Shown here in pieces: positions 45,091-58,657 of a stretch of 64,000 bases of DNA. The notes beneath the pieces were generated by a model that saw only the letters and a list, made by a program, of their open reading frames with translations, was not told where the DNA came from and searched no databases. The stretch is from the NCBI GenBank assembly GCA_004764695.1, contig SMSO01000031.1, positions 1,898,436-1,962,435 of the forward strand, given 5' to 3'. Both the position numbers and the translations under genes were made by a program. The stretch's first letter is position 1; each line of letters opens with the position of its first letter. This DNA is from Schizochytrium sp. TIO01. Taxonomy: Eukaryota > Protista > Bigyra: Labyrinthulomycetes.

Positions 45091-45562
45091 TTTATTTCTT
45101 ACTTTTCAATTCAATTCATTCTCATTTCATTCTCTTCAGTTCTTTCAACTCTTTCCCTTCTCCACCACACTAACAATCTCCTACTTTAATCTATAACACT
45201 GCTCTTCTACCATCGCCACGAGGTGGAAAGAGGGCCTACTGGTTCCTAACTTTTACTACTACCAGTCCCGTCTCTTCCTTTTTTACTTTTACTTTTGTTG
45301 TTTTTTCTTTCTTTCTTTCTTTCTTTCTTCTTCTCAAGAATCAAAATATACTTTCTCTTCAAACTTCCTTTTCTTTTCTTTTCTTTTCTTTTTTCTTTTT
45401 TCTTTCTCTTTCTCTTTGTAAAGTTCTCTTTGTAAAGTCTTTTCTATTATTCTACTCTGTTCTATTCCCTTTCTTCGGGTTCCTACAGTTCCTCAAAATT
45501 CGCAGGAAGTAGCGAGTAGGAGTTTGCTATATACGAATAGTACCTCCAGAGAGAAGGGAATC

Positions 45563-45563
45563 A

Positions 45564-45603
<40 letters not shown>

Positions 45604-45604
45604 A
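45563..45604 (+). repeat. (GAAA)n microsatellite
   Basis: Tandem tetramer. Confidence 0.9.
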
Positions 45605-46350
45605 GAGGACTTTCAGCAGCACACATCCAAAATGGAGAAATTTGGCAGACATAAATCGACCAACAATCCTGAGGTGGTACCAAGTTGACGCCATCGCCAG
45701 CAGTTTATGGTCTGATTTGGGAGGACGAAAGTGCCGTTCGAAAGGGGTTTCTAGCGTCGTTCTTCATCTCCTTTGAGTCAGTCAGTCCACGAGAGTTCTT
45801 TGCTGCTTCCTTCGTTCGTTCATTCTTCACGCTTGAGATCGCCTCCTAACGTTTATTTAGTCGCAAGTTAACTTTACTCATTTACTTTACTTCTTGAAAA
45901 AGCAAATCATGATTATAAACAAATAAACAAGAATACTATAATAATAATAATTATTATTATTCTTCTTTCATTGGAGTTTTTAAAGCTACTTCTTTAAGGA
46001 ATTAAAGAATTAGTTACCTACTATCAGAACTTCTTCCACGAGCGTGGCCTAAATCCAAGACTTTACAGAGACAGCCATCGACTCAAGTCTCAGCAGACGG
46101 CCTCACGGATGCATGCATTCATGCGTCTATGGGCCTTCGAAGGTCTTCGCATTTGCACGTCCCTCGCACTCAAAGTCTGGCGGCCTCGACGATCTTTTGG
46201 GGCGTGGAATGGACAAGGCTTCGCCACTTTCTGTTCTGTTCTCATTGAGAACTGGTGCCAACAATCCTCCGTTCTTCTTCCATTCGTTCGTTCTCTTCCT
46301 TAAACCTATGTATGCTCTAAGATCACTTTTCTCTCTCAGAGACTCTCTCT

Positions 46351-46353
<3 letters not shown>

Positions 46354-46398
<45 letters not shown>
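46354..46398 (+). repeat. (AT)n microsatellite
   Basis: Tandem dinucleotide. Confidence 0.9.
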
Positions 46399-46399
<1 letters not shown>

Positions 46400-46806
46400 G
46401 TAAATATACATAAAGAAAGAGAAGTACATATGTCCCTAGAAGAAAGATAAAAGCCATCATCTCATTGAGCTTTGGTTTGCCTGACGGAGAGAGAGCTAAC
46501 CAAGACACAAGAAGATAAATATCCTCGCGTGGACGAACAAGTTATGCACCTCCTCGAACTGAGTGTGGACTCCGTCCTCGTCGGCCATGGCCATTATCCA
46601 CCACGATCTAAGCCCTCGCAAATTGACGCATGAAGTCTTGCTTTTTTTAATCCAGACTCGTGAAGCCTTTCTTTCTTTCTTTCTTTCTTTCTTTCTGGAC
46701 ACGCGTTCTTTCAGCGTTCTTTTTCAAAACCAGATTGCTAGGCCTCCTCCTACCACTGCTACTGGCCCTTCTGGCAATCCCCAAAGCCAGCAAGGAGAGA
46801 CAAAAC

Positions 46807-46865
46807 ACAGAACAGAACAGAACAGAACAGAACAGAACAGAACGGAACAGAACAGAACAGAACAG
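46807..46865 (+). repeat. (CAGAA)n microsatellite
   Basis: Tandem pentamer. Confidence 0.9.
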
Positions 46866-47139
46866 CAGATTAACAAAGCGAAGCGTATTAGAAGAACCGC
46901 AGAGATTACTCCGTTATCTTAGCATTGCATTGCATTGCATTTGGTTGCATTCGTTCGCTCATTCATCATCGTCTCTCGATCCTCGTGGCCAGCCAAGATT
47001 GCTGCCGCAGCTTCTTCAGGTCGGCAGCGGAGCGCCAGCAGAAGGGGGGCTCAGGCCGCGGCTCCTGTGTCTTCTTCGCGGTCTCCAGCACAGCGGAGAT
47101 CTGAGTCCCACCAGTCCTCCGCCGAGTCCATCGAGGTTC

Positions 47140-47285
47140 TTTGTTGTTGTTTGTTGTTTGTTGTTTGTTTGTTTGTTTGTTTGTTTGTTTGTTTATTTAT
47201 TTGTTTGTTTGTTAATTAATTAAGTAATTGGTTTGTTTATTTGTTTGTTTATTTGTTTGTTTGTTTGTGTGTTTGTGTGTTTGTT
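47140..47285 (+). repeat. Degenerate (GTTT)n repeat
   Basis: GTTT/ATTT tandem units. Confidence 0.85.
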
Positions 47286-47902
47286 GTGGCGCCGCTTCAC
47301 AGCGATCGATCAAATTGAATCAACCCTTTCGCTCAAAGGAGACTGCGAACGTTGCCAACAGTGATGCACATCGACAATTAACAGATGAGAAACAGATCAT
47401 CATCGCATCACAAGTTCTTTTCAAGTTCTTTTTAGTTGTATAGCGCATACCTTATTTACTTTCTATGTTATAAAGCTGTAAAAAAACAAACCAAGTAATT
47501 GATAAATATTAACAGCTTTCAGAATAGCAAGTTTAAAGAGTAATTCCGCGGGCCTACTACCCAGCTAAGCGTATCGTTAAGAGTGGTATTGTGGGGGGTT
47601 TACTACCAGGCAGTGCTAGTGAAGGGCCTATCCGGGGAACTAGCCGGCTGGCTAGAGTATTGTCTAGGCTCATGTACCTGGGTCGCTAGGGCTGTCCTAC
47701 TACAGTTACCCATCACCATACGGCCTCAGTTTCTAGCGGCGCCTGTGTAAGTGCTATCTGCTAGCTCCCCTGAAAAGAACAGAACGCGCTTTTCTGCATC
47801 TATCTCTCTCTCTATCTATCTAATTTATTTATTAATCTATTGATTGATGGATTTGTTGATTGATTTGTTGATTGATTTGTTGATTTACTGATTGATTGAG
47901 AC

Positions 47903-47968
47903 TGAATGAACGAATGAATGAATGAATGAATGAATGAATGAATGAATGAATGAATGAACGAATGAATG
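47903..47968 (+). repeat. (GAAT)n microsatellite
   Basis: Tandem tetramer. Confidence 0.9.
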
Positions 47969-50255
47969 ATTGAACGGGTACTTTATGCGATGTTTTGGGA
48001 GAAATCCGCGTTGTTTAGAAAGTCATATAAAATTGTCACCTGCAGCAGAACTTGAAGGACGCACGCCGTAAGGAGGGTGAAGAGGAGGAGGAGGGGGCTC
48101 AGCTTAGGTCAGCTTCGGCGCGAGGCCAGCGCTTCTTCTTCTATCTTTGGCCTTTTCTTGCTTGCCGCCTTGGACTTGCTCAGCTTTTGCCGTCTTTTTG
48201 GCGATGACTTAAGTCCCGAATCAATCGTTCTTTCTTTCTTCTCAGGCTGTCTCCTTCCTTGTTCCAATTTCGATCAATACGCTTTCAAATGCCCTAGAAG
48301 AGACTATTATTATATTATTATGGTGGTGCCTGTTCCTTTATGCGTTTTCGACTTCGCTTTACATCATATACGTCATTTTTTATTTTATTTTAAATTTAAC
48401 AACTTAAACTTTCTTTTCTTTTCTTTTCTTTTTAAAATAATAAAACCAAGAGGCAAATAAATAAGTGATGTAAAAGAAGAAAGAAGTGAACTAATAAGAG
48501 TAATTGGATGATGTGAAATGAAATCGACAATGCGCGATTATGATTCCAAATCTTCACGCTCGAAAGAGCCACGGACAACGAGTTATGCACAACGTTCATA
48601 TAACTATATATATTTATATACTCATACACGTTTATATACCTTGGCATATCTTGGCCAAACGTGCATCGCTCCGACATGAATCAGAGTTCATCGAGTTTGC
48701 TTGTCTGCGAGACCTCCGCAATTTCAATCTTGCGCACACCGTCTTCGACCTATATTCAAGACGCGCCAAGCGATGCTTCAAGATGATCCAAAGATCCTCA
48801 GGAATTCGGGTTCTTAGAGCTAACTCCCCTTATAATCCTAAACAAGATGCGATCACTTGGCTCCAAAACACATCGCAAGATCCCAACTCAAGACCCCAAT
48901 TCTGCACCAAGCTTCAACAACTCGACCGTTAAAATACAGGTCTCCAGGCAGGTTTTCTCGTGCTCGCGATCACCTTCGCGACGTTCTTCTTCGCAGCGTA
49001 CGATTCCTGAAGAGTCCTCTCTCGAGTTCCCAGCTTAAGGCGGACTTCATGTCGTTGATCAATTAATTGATTAATTAATTGCTCTCTCGCGAGGCTTGGA
49101 CCACGGGTCCTACCGTTTACCCTAGGCGTCTCATACGAATGCGCCTGCTCCGCTCGATTGGAATAGGGTAAGGACAGAGGGTCCCTAAGCCGTGCGTCGG
49201 CGAAAGGACAGTGCCAAAGCGAGCTCAGGAGCCGTCCATATCAGAGATCGTCCCGGCTTTGCGTCACAGTCAGTCAGTCAGTCAGTCAGTCACTCACTCA
49301 CTCACTTGTCGCCAATGTCCAACTGCTCGAGCGGTTGGTTTGTTTGTTTCGATGTCGATCTCCAAGATTTGGCCTCGCTTGTCTATTTGCAATCATTTAT
49401 TTATTATTTGTTTCATTCATAGTACATTCTACTGTGATATGGACAAAAGTGAAATTCTATAACTTCTTGAGTTCGTTGAGATAATAAAATGAATGATGAA
49501 AGAATCATCCCGTGGGGCCTAGGAGTGCCTACCTGCTCGGCTAGCGCGCGAGCAGATTGAAAGTGAGTTGCGGCGTCTCAAAATCCTCATCTCAGGAAAG
49601 CTCTCCGTTCGAAGATCTCAATCTCTCTCTCCTTTCAGAGTTGGCATCACTGTAGAAAACAGCGGAAGTGTCCGTTCTTTCGCCTTTTGGACTTTGAACC
49701 TTCCGCCTCTTCTTCTTCTTCGAGTTCTTCGAATTCTTCTTCTACTCTTGGGCACCTAATAAGGCAGAAAGCAGACCAATGCCCTGCTGAATAGAAGAGC
49801 AGTTAATTCAATGGCTTCAATGGCCATTCCATTCCATTCGATTCCATTCGATTCCATTTCGTGCACGATGTTGAAGAGCATTCCTTCGTCAGAAGATCAG
49901 CTCCCTGAGTTCTTCGACGAAGAAGATGCCGCTGCTTCAAGATAAGCTCGAGATCGAGGAGGACCGACCTCACGTAACAGACAACTTCTCGCGAAGGCGG
50001 TCCTCATCTCTGCCTGCTACAGAGATGAGCAGCCAGCCCACGTTTGCCTTCACCAACCCAAGTGGAGTCAACTTCTTGAAGCCCGAACGAAACGAGCAAA
50101 CTCTGAACCGATCTATCAGAAGAGTTCAATCCTTCAATCAATCCATCAATCAATCCATCATAATTAATCAAATGAACAAAGCATCGATTGAAATGACCGA
50201 ATTGATCCAAGAAACCAACAAATCGCCCAATGGGTCCTTCTTTTCTGTCTGAGCA

Positions 50256-50256
50256 T

Positions 50257-50300
<44 letters not shown>
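50256..50300 (+). repeat. (TTCT)n microsatellite
   Basis: Tandem tetramer. Confidence 0.9.
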
Positions 50301-50437
50301 GCTGCTAAAAACATAGGAATGAATGAGGGCGATGGGTGGTTAGGAGCTGCGAAGCGGCACGTGAATCAAACCACCACCACGAGTATGGAACTAACAGGAC
50401 CCATGTGTGGCACGCGGGAGCACGTGAGAGACGCCGT

Positions 50438-50584
50438 CAAACAAACAGACAACCAAACAGACAAACAACCAAACAGACAAACAGACAAACAAACAAACAG
50501 ACAAAGAAACAAACAAACAAAGAAACAATAAAGAGACCAAGAAACAAACAAACAAAGAAACAATAAAGAGACCAAGAGACAAAC
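50438..50584 (+). repeat. Degenerate (ACAA/ACAG)n repeat with a 35-bp tandem duplication
   Basis: AAGAAACAAACAAACAAAGAAACAATAAAGAGACC occurs twice at about 50504-50573. Confidence 0.85.
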
Positions 50585-51235
50585 AGCCGGAACAGTGTTC
50601 CAAAGAACACGAGAACTGTTCTCTTGGGAGCCAGCAAGGGCACGTAGCCTGCTAGTGGAGCTTAGGCAGCACCTACGGATATGTCACCTATTTCCGCCCG
50701 TGACAGAGAGAATAAGAAACCCCAAACAGGAAAAAGCTACAAAAGGGAAGAAAAGGAGAGGAAAGTGTTTTTTTTCTTTCTTGCTTGCTTTCTTTGTTTC
50801 TTTGGTTATTTATTTCGGAGTTGCCTGGGTTTAATTTCTTTCTTGGGCAGTGGGAAAAGAGCCTCGTACCCTGGTGGTCAAGGTAAAGCTACGTGCTTGC
50901 TTCCTTGTTCTTGCCTCGGACTTCCCACACGAGTTATGTTCCTACTAAGCAGGTTTAACTTGGTATGATTGACTGAAGCTGTTTTCTTCTGATAAAACTA
51001 AACAAAATGAAGAGGGAAACATTGAATTTTCTGAAATGTTTTTACTTTATTGATATTAAAAATAATACAAAACAAGTTAAAGAAATTCGGCCTTTCCTAC
51101 CTATGACTGACTGTTTGTCTGTTTCTTCTTTGCGAAGCTTTTGGTTGATGTCATCATCTTCAAGTTGGCGGAGATCGCTGACGAAGATACATAGACATGG
51201 GAAATTGCCAGACGTTGCGCGGGAAGGATAACTGG

Positions 51236-51286
51236 TGAAGTTGAAGTTGAAGTTGAAGTTGAAGTTGAAGTTGAAGTTGAAGTTGA
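51236..51286 (+). repeat. (GAAGTT)n hexamer repeat
   Basis: About 8 tandem units. Confidence 0.9.
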
Positions 51287-52957
51287 GCTGGAAGAGGTCA
51301 ACATATTGTAGCCTTTGGTAAGGCTTACAGGAACGGAAGTTCGGGTATTTGTGCTGGTCGATCGATCTTGAGGAAGTACCAATGCAATGTTTCCACATCT
51401 TACATTTCAGAAACGACAACTGTCTCGCTCCCGAAAACTTGCAAGTCAAGATTATCGCTTTCTTGAACGTGCTTTCGTTGAAAGCACCGGACATACACAC
51501 ACATAAATACATGCGTGCGTGCATGCATGCATATATAAATACATACACTCCAATGCCCAAAAATCGAGGCGTCCTTCGAGAGTTTACAAGGGAGGCCCTG
51601 TTTCACGAAGTAAGGAAACTGTAGTGGGTCAGAACACAGAGGTTCTCTCGGGGAAAGCACCTTGTCCATGAGAACTTATCTTCAGAACTGTCACCATCGA
51701 CAGGCACGTTTTTCTCGCCTAGGCCTTCCTCGATGACCCAGATGTATCTGTCTGTGCTCAGGTCCCAGGCTCAATGACCACTCCCTTGATCGGCAAAAGC
51801 TAGGCTCACAGCCAAGCGCGGCATCTCATTTCTCTGAAGCTTGGAAATCAAGAAACCTTGCACAGGAAAATCCAATGCAATCCGATGCAGGTATGCAATC
51901 TGCTGTATCCTGATAAAACCGGATGCCTGCAATCTCGTGCGATTTCCGCGTCATTCACGCACGTCAAACGCATGTAATACGCGAGGAGGTCCGAAATTCC
52001 GGCACGCGCATTTGCCTTACAAAACTATGGTTTTACAAGTTCGCAGTACTGCTGTGTTCTACAGGTGGCCGTTTCCAGTATAATTCTGGTCTTCAGGTTT
52101 CCGTCGAGGACAGCTAGCCACTAGAGATTATCCACAAGCCAAGCACGCAAGCACGCAAGCACGCAGGGAGGCAGCATGCAGGACTGAAGAGCCGTGGAAG
52201 GCCACACTGATTGATTACAATGAGATTCACAAGACTTTGGCTAAAACTCCTTCTCAAGGTTTGCAAAAGAAACCTCAGTCCTCCACAGAAGGAGTCCTAA
52301 CAGCGCTTAAGGTAACGGTTAGGAGGACCAGGGCTGGCTCGCGCGCTTGCTCTGCTTGCAAGCAAATCCCTGCGTCAATCTAAATATCGTTGTGAACTGG
52401 GACCGCCAAATTGACTTCACTGACTCAGCTTTCAGGTGCGAAACTGACGGTTGGGCGTATGTTTTTTCATCTGTTTGCATGTATGCTGATCTGTGCACCC
52501 ATGAAAAGCCATTGAAGAAGACCAGGAATGCAATGATTGAGCCACCTCCACGAATCAAGATTATGCGATAGTACCCTTCGGCGGTCCTGAATCAGATTCC
52601 TTACACTCTTCCTTTTCCTTTTGTTCTTTTTTCCCAACTGCATCTCATATCAATCAGTGTATACTATTAATTATCACAGCGATGTATATTTTAAAAATAA
52701 ATACAAACTAAAACAAACCAAGAAGATTTGAACAAACTCGTGTCCGTAGCGGTTTAAAAAAAAAAAACTTATTAAAACTTATAAAAAAACTTTTAAAACT
52801 TAAACAACTGTTCTTTTCATTTACAGCGCTGACTCTTCCAAAAATCATTGAAAACATTGAAAGTTTAGTGTACTCCTGAAGGCCGAAGGGATCGGCAGAG
52901 CAGCCCTAAAAATGAACGAACCTCACAACAGCGACCACTGAGGACTTTGTCAATGGA

Positions 52958-53020
52958 CCAATCAATCAATCAATCTATCAATCAATCAATCAATCAATTA
53001 ACCAATCAATCAATCAATCA
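52958..53020 (+). repeat. (CAAT)n microsatellite
   Basis: Near-perfect tetramer run. Confidence 0.85.
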
Positions 53021-53200
53021 ACATTGGTACCTATCTCTATCTAACTCTCCCAGGGTCAAACATTCCGCATGCATGCCCACGGAGCCATAGGTAACAAACC
53101 AACCAACCGCCTACGAAGGACTGTTGGGACTCTTCCACCTCGAGATGGACTGCTTTCTTTCACAATCAAACAACTGCTGCGGACGTCGTCGTTCTTGAAG

Positions 53201-53318
53201 TGCAATGCAATGCAATCAAATGCAATCAAAATGCAATGCAGTTAAATGCAATGCAGTTAAATGCAAATGCAATGCAAATGCAATGCAAAATGCAATGCAA
53301 AATGCAATGCAAATGCAA
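53201..53318 (+). repeat. Degenerate (AATGC)n repeat
   Basis: TGCAA/AATGC units with A-length variation. Confidence 0.85.
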
Positions 53319-56300
53319 GGCAATCGTCATTCCAAAACTCCGCACGTCTCCATTTCCCATCTTCCTCTGATGAGGTGAAAAGTCTCGAAAGCAAGCTTTC
53401 TCCTGCGTCTCCAGACCTCAAAACTGCCCTTGGATTGAGATGGTTTGCTCTCTCTCTCCAACATCGATGCTGTAATTTACCTCGAGGAAGGAAGGGATGG
53501 ATGGGATGGACCTCTTCTTCTTTCTTTATTGAGGCATCAGTGAAGTGATTCCTTCATTCCTCCATCCATCCATTCCTTCGCAGCGTATCAATCAAGATTA
53601 ATGCCGAGGACGCCGTCCCCCACGCTTCGCATGCCGGCGCGAGGCAGCTCGTGCCGCAGTGCAGCACTGGAAGCATTAGCTCTGAGGTTTAGGTTGTATC
53701 TCATTGATTGAATGACTGATTGATTGATTGATTGATTGATAGTTTGATGGATGGTTTAGGTCGTATCTCATTGGTTGATTGATTAATTCATTCATTCATT
53801 CATTCATAGTTTGAGAGATGATTGAGGATATGGAGAGATACTATTATGTGGGAACGCGCTGATTGATTGATGTATTGATTGATTGATTGATGTATTGATT
53901 GAGACTGATGAGTGCGGGCTTGAGGCACTTTTCTGGGCTCAATGGCTGCCTCCTGGTGGCGCGTGGAGGCACGACCCCTCGGGGCACCGCCCTGCTGCCG
54001 GAAGAGGGCGGAGGCGCGGAAAGCGGGCAAAGCGGCGCAGAGGAACGTGCGTACGTGCAGAGGTTTGTTGTTTGTTTAATTGAATTGTATTTTTAGTTTT
54101 CGTTTTAATTACTTTGGTTTTTAATTAAAAGTAAAAAGCTAAAAAACAGAGTAATGGAGAAAACAAAACAAGATGGCGCCTCATTATTTATCACTCAAAG
54201 CTGGTTCGCAATATATTACTTACCGACTGACTGCATTATCCTGCGAGGTTCGCATAAACCTGTCGAAGAACTTGAAGAGGTCACGAGCTTTATTATCATA
54301 GGGAAGGGGAGCAAAGAGTGCCTTGGGAGGCAGAGCATTCCGCGATCTCCGGCTCGTGAAGAATGGGACTCTTGACGTCAAGAATGAAATTTATCCAAAG
54401 GGGCCTATTACATCGTACGTTGGACTGTGAAATATGAGCTCGAGTCATCGCGACACCCGGTTTACAGAGATGTCACGCGCTGCTTAACCACAGTCTGATC
54501 TTAAAGGTTTCGGAAAACGAGCTAATTATTCGGGGAGACAACTTCTATGTCTTCTCAGAGATTTATAAACGCAACGTTTTCTCATGGTTTCGAAAACGCA
54601 GAGTCGCCAAACTCTTGCTGCTAGTAAGCACGACATTGCATACAACAAGCTAGCTTAAGCTGGGACGTATCCATCGATAGCGGCGAGGTTTCTTCGGCCT
54701 TTCAACTTATTGGGGTCTCTGAGGCAGCTTTGCATTCTGTCTTCATGGAATAAATGAATAAACAAATAGTACATCATAGATTGAAATCGAAACAATAGAA
54801 CGCCTACGAAGCATAGTTTTTAGTTGTTTTTCACGAAGTTTTAAAAGAAGAAAGAAAGGTTTCTTCTCCCTTTTATAATTTCAACTAACCATCATTCGTT
54901 TTTTTCTGTTTTATCTAATTATTTTTATTAAATTAAACCAAAATCAAAACATTTTAAAATCAAAATTTAACTTTACAAGAAATAAGAAACATGGCTCAAT
55001 AGTACCTACCACATAGCAAACCAGGCACTACATACTTTGTTTTTAACTATAAAAGGATCATGTCGAGTACCTACTAAAGAGGACAATTATCAAAGCTAAA
55101 CTCACGCTCTAACTGCGGACAGAGGTGAACCTCCACTCTGCATAAGTGACGAATGGTGTCGAAGGGGGGTAGCGTGTAATCAATCCCCGTCACTGTGGAC
55201 TACCTGGAACTAAACTATGATGAAAACATTAGGGTGCTGTTAGGAAGGTAGTCAGGAGTTAGCCAGTAGTAGTACTACTTACTTCCTCAGTAGCAGGCTC
55301 TTGGTTTTCTATATACCCTGTGACACTCATGAGAAGAAGTGCTCCTGTAAGCATGGCTTCTCTTGAAGACAAACGAAAATGCTGCAACGATCTGTGGCTG
55401 CGTTGCAAATGAGGATTCAATCAGCCACCATGTCGCATGGTCCCGTGTCTGGAGAAAGGGCGATATTAAGGATCACTCACTCCCTCCCCTTGGAAAGAAG
55501 TAAAGTGCATTATGGTACAGACATGTGGCGCTGGAAGGATTCTGTGTCAGACTGATCGCGACACGAGGTGCACATTTGGCACTCATTCTCTTGAGCATGT
55601 CATCAAATGCTAAAGATCTTGTACTCAAGGGCACATTCGTGTCGTGGCAACGCGCATGCAAATTTCTCAGCAGGTGTATAGGCTCGAGTGGAGATTCTTG
55701 GAGATGTAGAAGGGATACCTACCTACCTATACCTCGTGCTGAAGCATTCCTTAAACATAAGTAAATGGTGGTCGCTGACTCATAAACTTGGCAGAGATCT
55801 CCCATGATTTCACTGAGCTATGTGCGGGAAGGTATTGTAGGGATTGCGCACCGTAGAAACAATATCCAGAACGTCAGCGAATATCTCCAGTGAAAGTGTA
55901 GGCCGATTCACTGGCATTTGCAAACAGACCAGCTTCCTTAAGACATTTTCAGGACTCATGATGATCATCTTAGGAGGCTGTGTCCAACTTGAGCGAAGAC
56001 TGTATTCCGCTCGCAGGTTTAACAGAATATTGAATTCCTTGAAGGGCCAGGGTGCACAACGTACACGACATTATGCTCCGCAAATATCCTACAGCTCCTC
56101 TTTGAATAGGGTCGGAGATTATAGATAGATTTTATTTTGGAAACTATAGTTGGGCTTCATAAGAAGCTAGCACACCTTTAAGCTCACAGATGTTTTATTT
56201 ATACCGCTTGCTTCAACTTGCCGACGTGTAAGTTTGATTTTTCCAGTTTGCACCAAACGATTGCCCAATCAGCAAATGATCGCGAGTCAAGAGCAGTCAG

Positions 56301-58657
56301 CGCTAGTTGAAATTAATGCTAGTTGGATGTTTGCCATTAAAATTAAAGCGAAAATGCTCCCTCCATATTCATTGCGGCCGGCCACGACTTGAAGAGTCTA
56401 GTCGAACCAAGAAACTGACACCTGAACTCGAAAGGAGGAGGGAACTTGCAGCAGAAGTGCTTCGACGGCCATCAGGTGCCTCTTCATCTCCTTGCACCGC
56501 TACAATCCCGCTGACCATGGCGGTTTTAGAACTACGACAATGAAGTCTCGCAGTGGAGCGAGGGCTGGAAATTTGATCTTAAGCTGAGTGCTCGCGCAAA
56601 CACATGTTTTGGCCCCTGCTTCGCACACACTCGTTCTTCACACACCCTTCTTCTTTTTTCTCTTTTTTGTATAGATTGTTGTTATTTGTAAATAGAAAGA
56701 ATGAAAATCTCTTGTTCAAGTTTTGCGGGGTTTTGGCTTGCTTTAGGCAAACAAAGGTTTCAAGCGCGGCTGCTGCCTCCGATACAAATATTGAAGTATT
56801 TACTTATTTATTTATTCATTTATTCATTCATTGAAAGCATTACTACATGTCTAAGTTTCGAGAAAGAGAATGCGATGAACTTGGAAACGTTCTGCCCCTG
56901 TAAACTTTCAGTATTATTCTATTTTTTTTAAAGTTATTTTTTTTAAAGTGATTATTCACAAAAAGAAGCTAACTTTTTATTGTCCAAAATTATTACTCAA
57001 GAAGTTGAAAACAACTATTTCGAGCAAGCGGCGAAAACCAAAACCATCATGACATTCAATCCATCACAATAAGTGCACTCATAAAAAGCTTTTCTCTTGC
57101 TGCTCTTGGACGAAAAGTCTTCACTCCAGAGCCTGAAACTTCGTTTTATAGCTATAAGATTCGACCTCACTCATTCCCTGAACTTGTTATTGGAATTCTT
57201 CACAACTAAGTTGTGCTCGGTCACGTAAGCGACCACGGAGTAGGTCTTCATTGTGCATCGATCGTTTCGCCTTGATAGCTTGTAGACTGGCAAACCGCGC
57301 CTGCTCTGTTACTTTTCACTTCTGCGGAGAGACATGTTTCGTAGGTATCCGCAGCGTGCAAAACTCCTCAAAAGTGTAAATGAATGCCCTCGATACCTAG
57401 AACTCCATTTCTTATCTAGATGAGCCCAAAGCAATCTCAGAAATCCGCCATCAAACCGAGATATACTCGAGGATGGGATTTCTAGTGACGGCGATTGCTT
57501 TTTCTTCAAGTTGCACAGTCTTTGAGTTAGTTAGCCGATGCGACGGTCTCAGCAATCTCGTTTCAGCTCCAACTCACAACAGAGGCAAAACTTGAGCTCT
57601 GCCCTGGGAAGGAGAGATATCTAACATCGCACCACCTCCGTCGCCAAAGTCTGCCAGCTCTCGTCAAGTACAATCCTTTTGCTATTATTGCCTCGCGTTG
57701 CAAATGGGAACTGCGATTCAAGACCATGTATCGATGGATGGCCTCCTCTTACGAGGAATTTGTGGTTCTGACACACGATAAAGCATAGTACCTACTACGT
57801 TCTGGTAAATGCGCGCATAGGCGATTGCATAAGGTTATTGAGGTTGGTCCTCAACTAAGGGTTGGAGTGACGACAACATTGATTATGCATAGGAATCAGA
57901 ACCTCCTGTGACGCAAACTGGCGACTGCAATTTATAAACAAGAGGTTATTTACTACATGGAGAGGAAACTCGCCAACTTGAACTAGCGCCAATGGTCCCG
58001 GAAAATGCCGCTCTTGCTGCACTGCGACTATGTACTTTGGTTCATGTGTACGTGTGCAATCGTGCACAACTCCGGTCCGTGGAAAGGAATCTAGTTGGAT
58101 GTGATTCCGAGCGTCTTTCTACTCGGGTCAAAACCGGATCAGAGATTTTAATGGCAGAAATAAACTGCGTTATCGCTTATTTCTACACACGATGGTTGAG
58201 GAATAAATAGCGAAGAATATCAGCCAAAAATCGAGGAATTTCATGTGATACTAGTTTAGCAGAAAGTGGATCGGCCAGCCAATTTCTTCATGCAAAGTCG
58301 CATGCTCTTGTTGGGCTAAATAGAGGATTTCTGCCCTTAACATTGGCATGCGCCTTTTTGTCCCACCAATAAATGAGAAATTCTTTGCGGTGGCAAATCT
58401 GCAAGAAACGACCCATTCATCAAGACCTGGGTACCCACCCTCTTATTACTACGTGCTCTGTTTTGCAGATTTATCAGCAGTGTTTCTCTAAAACTCCACT
58501 TCAGGATTTTACCTAGCTAGAAAGAAAGCCTGCAGCAAAGTACTGATGGAATATACTACGCGTACATCGGAGCTGATAGCTTTTTGTTCAAGAGAAAGTA
58601 CTTCCAAGGCAAAAGGCGAAATAAGACTCAGAAGAAGAACATGTTGTAGATTTTAGA

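Noticed and set aside
44617-45196. 142-aa and 170-aa ORFs upstream of the membrane protein gene
   Set aside because: They include microsatellite-derived sequence and no domain; more likely promoter/5' UTR, though an upstream exon is not excluded
53686-53760. GGTTTAGG as an interstitial telomeric repeat
   Set aside because: Only two isolated copies, explained by a local duplication
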